From the NCBI GenBank assembly GCA_965202585.1, contig OZ241827.1, forward strand, positions 45,198,001 to 45,262,000: 64,000 nucleotides of DNA. Direction: 5' to 3'. The position numbers and the translations under genes are program-made. Origin of the DNA: Thalia democratica (Eukaryota). Positions 50,184 to 62,809 of the stretch are shown here, piece by piece. Positions within the stretch are counted from its first letter, which is position 1, and every line of letters starts with the position of its first letter. The notes beneath the pieces are model-generated. The model worked only from the letters and a program-made list of their open reading frames with translations. It was not told the origin of the DNA and searched no databases.

Positions 50184-51035
50184 TTATAACCGTTTTCTAG
50201 CTTTTTTTATCTGAAAATTTTTACTAATCTGGTTTTGTTTAACACTTCGGTTTCTATTGTATCTTTTCAACCCAGCTTTGTATGCAAGGTAATCTCTGAA
50301 ACTGTTTTTTGGTTTGTTCAAAGAAGAATTTTTTTTACCTACAACAAAAAATGGCTTCGACGAAACTTTATTTTGAATGCCTGTACTTGTCCGGTTTTCT
50401 TTTGTAGGTCTTTTGCTTCTCAGTCTTTTCAAACCAGCTTTGTAGTTTGTAAAGCTGTTTTTTGGTTTTTTCGAAAAAGTTGTTTTTTGACTAATTACAA
50501 AGAAACATTTTGACAAAACTTCTTCTTTTTTTAAAGCACTGATGTTTGCTAATTCAGTTGTACCCGTTTTCAAGTGAGTTGAATTTATTTTCTTTTTTAT
50601 TTTTCTCGCGCAAAGCTTATGCACTTCTGTCACCTCTTTCACACTTCTTATTCTTCCTTCTTTTATTTCAGACCACGGATCAGAAACATCAACTATTAAA
50701 ACCAAATTTTCATCATCAGCAGATCCAATTCTACTAGGAGCTTTATTTATGCTTTTTTGGACGTTTTCTTTGGCTGAGTTTGCTTGAATACTAGATGGAG
50801 TAGATACTTTCCACTCACATCGTCTTTTCATCAGATCTTCTTCCTTCGCACAGTCAAGTGTCGGACACCTAGTAAACTTCAAAATTAGCTTTTCTCGTTC
50901 AGGTTTAACTTCGTTCATAAGAATTTCGATCTTTTTGTTGTCTCTTTTACAAAATCTGGAAGTAACCAGCCTCTCATCAGTACATTTTAGCATTTTACCC
51001 AAAAACACCATAGAACTATTACCAGTAATCTTCAT
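50184..51035 (-). CDS. Uncharacterised intronless Lys/Arg-rich protein, 283 aa
   Basis: 852-bp ORF in DNA where random ORFs rarely exceed about 250 bp; A-preceded ATG; internal duplicated motif KPKNSF..Y(LAY)KAGLKR. No domain recognised. Confidence 0.6.
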   Translation of the reverse strand: MKITGNSSMVFLGKMLKCTDERLVTSRFCKRDNKKIEILMNEVKPEREKLILKFTRCPTLDCAKEEDLMKRRCEWKVSTPSSIQANSAKENVQKSINKAPSRIGSADDENLVLIVDVSDPWSEIKEGRIRSVKEVTEVHKLCARKIKKKINSTHLKTGTTELANISALKKEEVLSKCFFVISQKTTFSKKPKNSFTNYKAGLKRLRSKRPTKENRTSTGIQNKVSSKPFFVVGKKNSSLNKPKNSFRDYLAYKAGLKRYNRNRSVKQNQISKNFQIKKARKRL

Positions 51036-52250
51036 TTTAATGATAGCAAAGTTGTACTAGTCTAAAAATACAAGCGACTTTTGGATTTTTAGAACCTCTA
51101 AACAAATAAACTTTTTATGTAACTTTTGAGTTGACGTAACAATAAATATTTCAAATGCATAGTTACAATATTATGAGCTTTTATATGATTATAAAATGAA
51201 TTTTGCAAGTCATTACAGCAGCCTTTTAGAAAAAACGAGCCATATTTTTTTAACAAAACGTTTGCGAGCAGATTTGAGAAAAATATCATTTGCTATCATA
51301 TACCCAAGCTGAAATCAAAAGTTGCTTTTTGATTACAATTTGGAAAATAACTTTTATTTAAAAAATATTACGTTTTTCAATTTAAAGTGTTTTTAGTAAG
51401 AAGGTTGCCACTCTTTAAAAGTACTAATTTGGATTACCAAAAACTAGCCTGAGTCAGCCTAAATAAAAAACTTTAAAATGTTTGTACCTACGGCGTACTT
51501 TGCTTTTTTATCAAACTTTTATGTTATTAAAAATTTAGTTAAAAAAAATAACTTTAAGTATATGGTTTCCCTTTTATGTTTCCTAAACGTTATTAAACAC
51601 TTTTTTGTTAAAGGGCGTTTAGAAAGTTTAAGCCTTTAAAGAGAAAAAAGCTATAATTTTTATTGTTATACAATCGTACGCATTTGAAAAAAATTTTAAA
51701 CAAAAAAATCTGTTGATGAAAGAAAAATACAACTAAATAGTACATATACACTTAAACATATGTGAAATAAATTAAGTTTAAAATAAAAAGCTATAATAAC
51801 ACTAGACTACTTTTTTATTAAACCCATTAAAGTTGGCAATTGGCATCATATATCTCAAATTCAACACTTAGATAAGTTGTTAATGTAAAATAAAACTAAA
51901 CTAGACGAAAAAAAGTTACATTCTTATTAAAATCAACACCAAAAAAAATTCTAAAATTAGATGGTAAAGCCCAAGTTAACTTAAAAATAACAAATGTTGA
52001 AAGTTAAATCGATTCTATAACATTTGAGTTTTAAGGAAAAACTATCCTGAGTCTATCAAACAATCTTTAAACTAGCCTGATATTTTAATAAATATTAAAC
52101 CAGCCTGAATATGTGGTAAGCCTATAGTAATCAGTTTTCTAATTTATGCTTTATAACAACACTTCTTCACAAAATTTAGTTTATGTACAATACTTTAACT
52201 GAGAACTAAACTTTTAATGGTAAAAGTTCTTTCAACTTTATATTATGTTC

Positions 52251-54717
52251 CAGGGGCGTGTCTAGACTTTTTTTTAAAGGGGTTTCACAATTTTCTTTGT
52301 TCTTAATTTGCCGCTTAAGTACGCATTTCTTAGGTATGCACTGCCGGTTAAGCACGCAATATTTAGCCAAAAAACTCGGTGTTTAAAATTTTTTTTTTTC
52401 TGAAATAGATAAATAAAAAAAAATATATAAGTAGTAAATGAAAAATATTAGATTTTTTAATATGTTATACTGTATTAAATTTAGATAAATTAAAACTAAA
52501 AGAACCAGAAAAAAAATATGAAATTAAAAATTGAATATCAAAATTTAAATCTTTGATTTAAGACAAAAATATTACAGAAAAACTAACTTACTCTATAAAT
52601 AATCAACTTTTTTTATAAGGAAACAATATTATAAAATAACTAAAAGTAGAATAAATTTTTATAAAAAGAATTTAAATTTTGAGTTAAATGTTAATATAGA
52701 TGGAGTTCTTACAAATTTTTCTTTTAAATTTTAAACTTTTTACACTGTATATCTATTTATATTAAAAGTTTTTTTTTCAAGTAATTTATTTCTATAAAAA
52801 TAGAAATTTCACGAAAAAAAACGTGTAGACTTATACAACTAAATTAAAATACCGTTATAAAAATTTATTCTAGTTTTAATTACAGTAACCTCTCGCTTAT
52901 TTACGCACATTGTGTCCACAGAAAAAGTGCGTAAAGATATGAGAGATCGTAAAGATACGAGAGGTACCAAATATACTTAGAATAATGGCTGTTTTTTGAA
53001 ATTGCTTCTATTTAAAAGCAGACTGGAGTACCACTTTTAACAACTTGTTTACTTTATTAATAAATATGAAAATAAAAGATAAAACTATACATATATTAAA
53101 AATAAAGGACTTAAATTTATATAAAACAATAATACTTGTAGAAATTTTTTTGCTAATTTTAATGATAATAATAATTAAATAGATTGAGATTTGTATTAAT
53201 TGTAAGCTCTATATTTATTAAGTATCACTGCTACTTTTTACAGGGAAGATTCATTACATTTCTTTTTTAGATGTTTATTTATATATAGGGTATGAGTGCT
53301 GTATTATATATTTTTGTTTTAAACTCTCATTATTTCATTATACTTTCATTATTTTTTACAGTCATATTTCATTAAGAATTTTAATTTAATCTTTTATTGT
53401 TAACAAAATTTTAGATATACTTAGATATAATTAAATGTTTATCAATTAGTCAAGGAACATAAGTTTACAAAGTTTAAATAAACAGAGAGGTAAATTAGCA
53501 TGCATTTAAAAACATACAATAAACCTACTTGGTGCAATAATAAAAAAATTAAAATTTTTGTTTTTAGAATTTTTTAGAATTCTCAAATGCGTAACTAAAC
53601 GAGAGTGCGTAACGTCACGAGTGCGTAAAGATGCGAGAGGTTACTGTATTTTATAAAAAAAAATTTTAATAAAAAAGTTACTTTTTTATAGAGTAAGTTA
53701 GTTATGTCTGTGATATTTTTGTTTTAGATCAAATATTTGAATTTTGATATACAATTTGTAAGTTTACAACATTTAAATAAAATTTAAAGAGAATTTCAAT
53801 ATTGATTTGAATGTTAGTATAGATTGTGTTTTTACAAACTTTTCTTTTAAATTTTAAACTCTTAACATTTATATATCTATTTACAACAAAGATATTTTTT
53901 TTCAAGTAATTTAGTTTATAAAAACTGAAATTTCACTAAAAAAATGTTTAGACTTATACAACTAAATTAAAATATCTTTAATTTTTTTTTAAATGTTTGC
54001 CTGATAATGCAGGGATTCCAATGATTGTTTTGAAATCTTTTTGAGTTGAAAATTTCAAAAAATCAAGAATCAACTTTGTGGCCAACAGATATATAAAAAT
54101 AAAACAACTTAAAAACAAATATTTAAGTACCATTAAATGATAAAAGAATAAATTGCTAAGTGGTGTAGTTGTCTAAACATGATTTTGAAAACTCTCTGAA
54201 TTGAACTTTTAAAGGTTTAAACCCAGTTAGTTGACACATTAACAAATAATATAAATGTGTAGGTACAAACACAACATTATTATACAACTACATAACACAA
54301 AAGCTTCACACAACATTATTATATACAATGAACTAAGTAAAATAAAACTTTAATGATTATGTTGGACATTTTTTAAGCAAAATTGTACTTACTAGTTCAA
54401 AAACAATTATTAATCAAAAGTTATTTACAATAACTAACAATTTATAATGGGAACTTAGAGCATCTTAGTAACAAGTTTCCTAGAAAAAAAAATGCTACTT
54501 TAAAACTTTTACCTATTTACTTTTCAAAAACGAGCGTTTTTAATCTTTTAGTATTATTAATTCAACATTCATTATTCAAAGTTTATCAAATAACCAAAAC
54601 AAAGTCAATAAACAACGTTTTTAGTGATATTCTAAGAATTTTTTTTTTCTTCTTTTTTCTTTTCTTTTTTTTCAGGGGGTTCACAGGAAACAGGAAACCA
54701 GTCGAAACACGCCCCTG
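52251..54717. mobile_element. Non-autonomous hAT element, 2467 bp
   Basis: TIRs CAGGGGCGTGTCTAGAC / GTCGAAACACGCCCCTG; perfect 8-bp TSD TTATGTTC. Confidence 0.92.
52883..53646. mobile_element. Tc1/mariner (pogo-like) MITE nested in the 52251 hAT
   Basis: TA-CAGTAACCTCTCGC...GCGAGAGGTTACTG-TA; subterminal (T)TACGCAC / GTGCGTAA repeats. Confidence 0.9.
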
Positions 54718-54854
54718 TTATGTTCTAATTTTTCACTTTTTTGTTCTGAATTAACTTTTTTATAATGTAACTTTTGAAAGTTTTTCAAAAACAAAGCACT
54801 TTATCAGTTATTTATGTCAATTTATTTTTAACGTTTTATTTTTTTCCTACATAG

Positions 54855-55356
54855 CAGTGGCGTCGCGTGGTATTTTTCTTAGGTAGTGCAGAAAAAAAAT
54901 CTGAGTTGAAGTAGATCGATTTGCCCCTACTTGAGTTGTCCCTGCTCGAGTTGCTTCTGCTAGAGTTGCTTCTTCTCGAGTTGCCTCTTCTAGAGTTGCT
55001 TCTTCTCGAAATGCCTGTGCTCTGCTTAGCTTTGTCTTCATTTTTTGTTTACAATAACTTGTGGAATGATACTTAAACCTGTACTGTTTCAGGGAATTTT
55101 CAACTCAGCTTACTTACCGCAAGATATTAATTTTGCGGTAATTCTTAAAAGAAATTTTGCTGTTTTGAGTTCATTTGCAGCAGTCAGCTAAGAGTTTGCG
55201 GCAGTGAAGTGAGCAAAATGGTCGTTTTCTAAATTGGAGTTTTATAAGAGATTTTGTTGTAAAAAATAACGAAAACGTTATAGATACTTAATTTTTTCTT
55301 ACAAAATTTTAAGGTGGTGCAATTGAAGCAGTGCAACACCCCACGCGACGCCCCTG
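54855..55356. mobile_element. hAT MITE, 502 bp
   Basis: TIRs CAGTGGCGTCGCGTGG / CCACGCGACGCCCCTG; 8-bp TSD CTACATAG/CTACATAA. Confidence 0.88.
54930..55019. repeat. 15-bp minisatellite, six units, consensus CT(A/C)GAGTTGCTTCTT
   Basis: Directly visible tandem units inside the 54855 MITE. Confidence 0.9.
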
Positions 55357-56292
55357 CTACATAATAATAGAAACTTAATTTAGTTTAAAATTAATGATAA
55401 TATTGGTTTAAATTTCAATTTTACCTAAAAACTTAATACTCTTTTCATATAAAAAACATATTGGTAACATTAAAAAAGCTTTAAAAAAAACATTTTATGA
55501 CTTAAGTTTTAAAAAAATACATAATAAAGTAATGATATAGTAATATATTGTTATAAACGAGAAATTTTCCTAAAGTTATGAAGAAAAAGTTAAACAAATT
55601 CTAAATTAAAAATAGTTTATTATTAAAAAAACATAACACGAGAAAATTTAAAAATTGTTGTTTTTTAACTGTAGGACAAGATAAATTTTCAATGAAACTT
55701 CCTTTTTTTTCTGTTTAAATTGCTTCTTCTTAACCTATTGAGCTCTCCAACTTTTTACCCTTATATCTCAAAATTAATTTTGTAGTTTAGAAATGATAAA
55801 AAGCAACTAATGCTTTAGTTAAAAGTCTTCAAAACAAGATCATTTTGTAAAAAAAGTGTTTTACACTTTGTAGTAAAGGCGAGTAACTCGGTTAGTGTCA
55901 GAGCCAACATTTAGATTCAGAAAATGATATTACATTGTTATATGTAATGCTCTTTTTTGAACAATTTTTTTTTTCTTACAATGGTTTTTTGATTTGAAGT
56001 CTTATTTGTTAATTCTCATTTTATTTTAAATACTTCTTGAAACATCTGTCTCTTAGATATATTTCAATTGTTAAGTTTTTTATTCCATTTTAAATACATT
56101 CTTAAATAAGGTGTTAATGTTTTTATTTTGTGCCTGGTTTCTGAGTATCAGTTAGTATTTTTAATTATACTCAGGTTATTGTGCTTATTTATTATGGTCA
56201 ATAGTGAAAGTTAACTCTAACCGTATAATTTTATTAACTTGCGTAATCCACACTCTCTGTCGGCTTATGACCGGTATTAATTATTATCTTAC

Positions 56293-56938
56293 CATAAAAT
56301 TCTAAGCTCGAGTAAGCAACAAGAATCAACAAAATGGAAATGCTTGTCGATTGTGCTTTTTGCAAATAAAACAATAATTTTTCACTTGAAATTTCAAACA
56401 GTTTTGTTTTCAACTCTAGACATGCTTGCCTCTCGGTAGAAAGATGCTGTAGTATTTCTAAAAACATATAGTTAAAAATTCATTTGAAAATTAATTAAAA
56501 TTTAATGAATATAAAACTGCTTCTATTGTAACTTTTTAAATTTGTTACCTGAAATAACAGAGTCAAGTTCTTTTGAAAGAGAATCAGTAAATATTTGAGT
56601 TAGTATTCTTATTCCATCGTTCATAATAATTTCTAGATGGTTAAAAAAATTGTCCTTACAACTTTTTAATAGCAACCGTCCAATTAACTTTATTACTTAA
56701 AATGCTCAGTTTAACTTTTATTTCTTCTGTGTTGTTACATAAATTGCAGACTTTGACATTTGTTTTTATTTTCGCTAGAGATGATAAAATATAAACAGCA
56801 TACCTTTCAATCTGAACCTGCTTTTAAGCTCTGGGTTGTCGCCAGTTATTTGCATTTTGACTTCCATAATTTTTAGATTCCGATTCAAGTCTCTCTCTTC
56901 TTTCAGCTTTTTGACTAGTGATACAAGTAAGTCTCCTT
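56293..56938 (-). CDS. Unidentified spliced gene; three in-phase exons (56938-56804, 56695-56549, 56457-56293); ends unresolved
   Basis: Three phase-1 GT-AG exons (135, 147, 165 bp) join stop-free: EGDLLVSLVKKLKEERDLNRNL...VIKLIGRLLLKSCKDNFFNHLEII...EILQHLSTERQACLELK.... Possible terminal exon near 56215-56170. Confidence 0.6.
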
Positions 56939-59900
56939 CTAAAAACTTTTAAAATAAACTTGTAAATGCGTTTTTTATTTTACTTTATATACTTAGTTTA
57001 CTGCTTTTAAATGTTCAATTTAACCTGTTATATTTTTAAAACACTTTTTGCAATTGAAAATTGGTATTGTGTAAAATAAATTATGCTGAATACTAGGTAC
57101 TAGATATTTAGTCTATATTAGAGCACCTGATTCAAAAAAAATTAAAGTTAGGCTTTGAATTTGACTTTAAAGCTACTAAGAAGTCTTAGTTTTTAAGTAA
57201 CTAAATTTTTGTAAACAATTTTTTTTTAAGTATAGTAATTGATTTTTTCTGAATTCTAAAAAAATCAATTAAATCAATATTAAATAGTTAAAATAATTCA
57301 TTATAAAAGAGTATCAAAAAATCTAATAACATACTTTTGCATTTTTTCTTTGAAGGCTAGAACGTTTAAAAATATTACTATTTTAATATAGTTTATATAT
57401 AAATTGTTAGTATTAAGACATGTTTGATTAATTTGTTAAAGTGTTTTGAGGTTTGTTTTTTTAATGGCCTTCATATTAGTGTTCTTAAGTTTTAAAACGT
57501 AATAGTTGAATTGTGTCAATATGTCTATATTAAAAAATTTTTTTACTTCAAACAACAATCAAAATTATAATTTTTTAAATTTAAATATTTGGTTTAAAAT
57601 ATAAACTGTGTTTTTTAGTTCACTTTTTTCTAGATTTAAAATGACTTATTAAGTATAAATATTGTTTGTATGTAGTATTATTAATAATTTAACATATTTC
57701 AAAATATTTCAAAATAAGTTTGAGTTAATATAACACATTTAGTGTTAAAATGTTTGAATTTCATTTTTATTCAATATTCTTTATAATTTTCTTTTAAATA
57801 TCGTTCTGCAACCTTTAAACTCTTACTAAACTTTACCAAATAATTAAATCATTTAAAATAACTTTATTTTCGGTACTAGTTTTTCCTCTTTAATTAAGTT
57901 TTGTTTTGATTTTTAAATCACTCTCATTTTGTGCCCTGGGTCTAAAAAAAGTTACTACTTTGTAAGTAAAGAAAAATGCTTAAAAGCTCCTTATAAACTA
58001 TTTTTATTAACTTTTGCAAAAATACCTTCTTTCTTTACGTCTAATTGCAAAATACTTGTCAGAATATTTTCTTCCTTTTATTATTTTCAGGCAAATTTTT
58101 TGTTTCTTTTTATTAACAACTGACTATTTTTGAACTTAATTCAAAAATTAAAAACAAACAATGTGAAAAAAATTAGTTTGACTACTTTGTTAAACTAAAA
58201 TAATTACTCCAAAATCTTTTACAGATTATATTTTTTTAAACAGAAAAAAAGTATGTTTATTTGTAAACACTAAAAACAGATTTTTATTGGTGCAAAGCAA
58301 AAAAGTGTTTCTACATTCAAATATTTACTATTTCATTTTAAAGTAGTAAAGTAACGTTTTGTAAATAGTTACTTTTCTTTTACTTAGAATAATAATATAA
58401 AACTTAAAAGTTTTGAAAACTGCTTTATTTTTATCGTTTTTTATTCGAAAAAGTTTCTGAAAGACTCAAAGTCTTGTAGTTAAATAGTGGCTTTAAAATT
58501 TAAATGTAATTAAACATAAAATTTTGTACAACCATTTAACGCAATATTTTTCAAGTTTATTATCAATTTATAAAATATTGTTTGAGACTTTTAGGTATCT
58601 TATCTGTAGTTGTTAAATATTTTTTATTACAAACAAAACTTTGTATTTTAATGATAGTTTTTATTAATGTTTATAAATAATTTAAAAAGTTAATACAATA
58701 AATTTATTCTTATTAGCGATAAAAAAGGTAAAACTTCAATGAATGTAAATTGGACAATAAGTTGGTTTGAATAAAAATAAAACAGTATCATCAAGGTTTA
58801 GCATTTAACAACATACATGTATAGTTTTTAAGATGTATATATTAATGCCTTTGGTGTTAGAAGTCAAATGATATTAGTCTACCTTATATCTTTCTTAAGT
58901 CTATCGTATGTTTATCACGTTGTTCTTTATATTGTAGCACATTTTTGCAAAGCTAAAATCAAAAAAAAAAATTTTAATAACAAACAACTGTTAACTTACT
59001 TTCATTGAAAACGTAAGAGTTCTAGTTGTTTTTTCGGTAATTACCTGTTTATTGTTAGAACCTCTCTGAAAAACTTAAGAAGAAGTATACTACGAATGCT
59101 GAAATTTTTATTTTTCACATAAGTAGTAAAGCATGAAATTTAAAATCTACACTGTCAACATAAAATGCTAAATGCTTTCAAATGAATGTATAAAATTAAA
59201 TAAAGAAAAAAGTTTGATTAAATAAAATATATTTCAAATTAAAAAAAAAATTGTATAAGTTTACAAAAAATTTAAATTATTTCTTAAAAACTGCAAAAAT
59301 GGTTGCAAAGTTTCAAGTTGAAGTTTATTCTAAAATTATTTTATAACATGTGTATATTAATACTAAATTTTTAATTATACTAAAACTCATAGGTAGGTAA
59401 AATATTTTTGGCAATTTTACTGCACAATTAGTTAAAAAAGTTTGTATACTTAGTAAGAAAGTATTTTAAAACTTTTTTTTATAACTTTAAGTCAATCCAT
59501 TTAGTTTTTTCTGTATATTGCAAGTAAAAATTCATTACATAAACAATTGTTAAAATCACATTTGAATATTATAGAAATATATATTAACAAAAAACAAATT
59601 AGTTTTAAGATTTAAATCAATATATTTTTTTTGTTTAATTACCAGAAGTTTTAGTATTTTGATTAAGTTGGATAGATTTATGTATCATTTAAGCTTAGAC
59701 ACTATGTAGCTATTTTGTTTAAAAGTTGTCTTTTCCCTTGTTCTTATTTAAAAATAGTTATAGTTACAGAAGATTATTTATGTCTTTAAAGTCCTGAATG
59801 TATAACATATTTTCTTTTAAACTTAAATTATGTTGTCTGATCTTGAAAAAATTACCAAGAATAAAGTTTTATTAAGTTATGTATTTTTATCAAATAAATA

Positions 59901-60738
59901 AAATTTAAGTTTGTATCTTAGCTAGCAAACAGTAGTTTTATTTATTTATGATCACATTAAAAAAGTATTTCAATACTGAAAAAAATATTTTTGGTTTATA
60001 TATTATTTTTTACATTATGAACAATATATATTACAAAGTTTTGGCATGTCAATGCTATATGAAGTGATTAAACAACATAAAATACGTGTTTGTCCCATAT
60101 TTAAAAGTTTAAGCTTTAAGATAATTTTCACAGTATTTAAACATTTAAACAGATTTTTGAGAAACTCTTAATAAAGCTAGATAAATCAATAAAACGTAAT
60201 AAGAAAAAAAGAATTATAACTGACTTTCTCAGAAAAAAATCTATCTCCTTCTATAACTTGTAAAAAAAATTATTTACCTCAAACTTTTACAAAATGTCCT
60301 TTGTAATATTTTTTAAAATCTGATAAAATAAATAACAGAATTAGAATAACAGTTTTTGCCAAAACAAAAATTTTTTAAGTTTTTATTTATTAAAAACCTT
60401 AAAATTGAGAAAATTTGATAAGGTTGCTAAAAAATTGAAGAAGGAGATAGGTTTCTAAGATTTTTTTTTTCTTTTTCAGTCTGACCCTTATAAAATTTTT
60501 AGTCAATTGATTATGTAAACCACTAAAATTACTTAGAATTAACAATAAAAATACCAACTTGTAGTCAATACTAGGAATTTTCAATGTTTAAGAGGCATAT
60601 AATGTTACCTTAAAAAGCTATACATACGTTTTCAGTTGATAAATAACACTTATATTTTTTTTTTAGTTTCCAGAATTTTCTTAGTATAACAAATAATAAC
60701 AATATTTCAATATTTTAGCAATTTCAGCATACATAAAA

Positions 60739-62612
60739 ATGGCCAATCATCAACAACTTGTAGACCAGCTGGATGCAATTAACAAACTTTCTACTGAAGA
60801 AAGGTTGAATTTTTTTATAAGTTAAAAAACTTACTTTGAAATACTTTACAACACAAGTCTCATTTTTAGAACTGTTTTAGACATAGTAATATTTTAAAAT
60901 ATTTCTTTTTAGGGATTTTAGGTTTTGCAAGTTTGTTGAAATAGTTTTTTTATTTAACTCAAAATGAAATCTGTACTGTTAGCACTCAATCAAGTATAGT
61001 TACAATTGTTTTGAAAGTGTTGAACTTTTCTCTTAATATATCTATTGATCATATTATCAAGATCAGATATTATATTTTTTTATAATATGAAAAATTATAA
61101 TGTTTAATTTTTATAGCTAGTCAAAAACTTATTCAGTTAGGTGTGACTATTTATGTATACAATCTTACTTTTTAGTAGTACAAAGTTTTAGTTAAACAAT
61201 TTTAAATGTACTTAATAAAGTACTTTTGCCTTTATAAAATATTTTTGTTGATTATAAAAAATGTATGCAGGTTGGAGCTTGCTAGGAGACAGCGTGAAGA
61301 GCAAGTGAAAAGGTGGATGGTGGGTGAAGAGGCTTTTCTCAAGCAAGCAATTGACAATTTTCATATCAACAACGTCACACCTGTTCCTAAAAAAACGCAC
61401 GTTAGATTTGACCCTTGTACTACCATATTGGATGCTGCTGCAAGAAATGATGTAGATGAAAGTTAGTTTTATAGTTATACTATTTTTTAGTAAAAGAGAA
61501 AATTGATAGCAGCTTACTTTTTTAATTAGTTTTCTTATTTAAAAGTACCCTAAAAGGTTATTATGCTTAATTTATTACAACACATTTTTACTTAAAAAAT
61601 ATTTAAAAAAAAGTATGTATAAATTACACTGCGTTTGTTGTATGTTGCACCAAAAAAAAACTAAAAGTTAAACTTATAACCAAAACATACAAAAACTCAA
61701 TATACCTGTAAAATTTTAAACAGTTCTGAAACTACTAACAGTTGACAAAATAAATCCGAACCAAACGAATGAGGATGGTTTAACTGCTCTACACCAGGTG
61801 AGTCTGAAATTGTATAAACTATAATATGTGTAGTTTACAACATTGTAGTTTATAAAAGTATGAAGCTGCTCTGCAGTTACAAGTTATAAATTAGAACATT
61901 TTTTTAACTTGCTAATATTTGATGATACTCAAGTAAGTAGTAAAAAATATTGCTGGATTTTAAAGTACATAAGACTTATTTAAAAATACTTATTTAACTA
62001 GGGCTATATTTTGAAATATTATGTGTTTATCTTTGATCTAAGAACAGTAATAAATATTATGAGACTAGTTGAATATTTAGTAAAACTGAAGAATCACTTT
62101 AATTAACACTTTAGAAAACAAGGCACTTAGATAATATAAAGTTTTGATACTACAAAAACTTTTATAAAGTATAAGAATGAAGCACTAGTTTTTTAAATGA
62201 AAAGTAAAAGATAAAAGATATTTGCAGTTTTAAAATTTAATTAGTACGTTTACTGTACTACAAACTTTTTTATAATCTAATCATCATGTGTTCATTAAAA
62301 CTAGTTGATTTTTGTTCTGCCTTATGTTTCCACAATAAACATTTTTTTAATGTTATAACCATAACCATATTAAATATTTATGCAAAGAAACTTCATATTT
62401 AGTTTTGTAAGTATGCTGTAAAATCTTATGAAAATAATTATGATAAAATGAATATTTGGTTTTTAGGCCTGCATTGACAATTTAGATGAAGTAGTAAGAA
62501 TACTTTTAGAAAACGGAGCTAATGTCAATTCTGTTGATAGTGAGCTGTGGACCCCGTTGCATGCTGCTTGTACTTGTGGCAACACTACAATTGCAAGAAT
62601 ACTTATTGAACG
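60739..62612 (+). CDS. PPP1R16A: Protein phosphatase 1 regulatory subunit 16 (MYPT3/TIMAP-like ankyrin protein), first four exons (60739-60803, 61271-61461, 61724-61797, 62467-62612); continues beyond the window
   Basis: MANHQQLVDQLDAINKLSTEERLELARRQREEQVKRW, PP1-binding KKTHVRF, TILDAAARND, NEDGLTALHQACID, DSELWTPLHAACTCG match the PPP1R16A/B family; A versus B cannot be distinguished. Confidence 0.88.
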
Positions 62613-62809
62613 GTTAGAATTAAAACAAAAGTTTAATGGTTTTATAAAAAGTAATATTTTATAGTTCTTTAAAATTATACCACTGGTTATTAGTATAACT
62701 TTTTACTTTTATTGTTTATCATTAACTGTTAAAACTACCAGTACTAAAGAAATTGTGGTTTCTTGTTGTTTTATTCAAAATATTTTTAGAAGTAAAAAAT
62801 AAAACGCAA

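Noticed and set aside
54847-55041. ORF with EEATL/EEATR repeats
   Set aside because: Translation of the 15-bp minisatellite inside a MITE.
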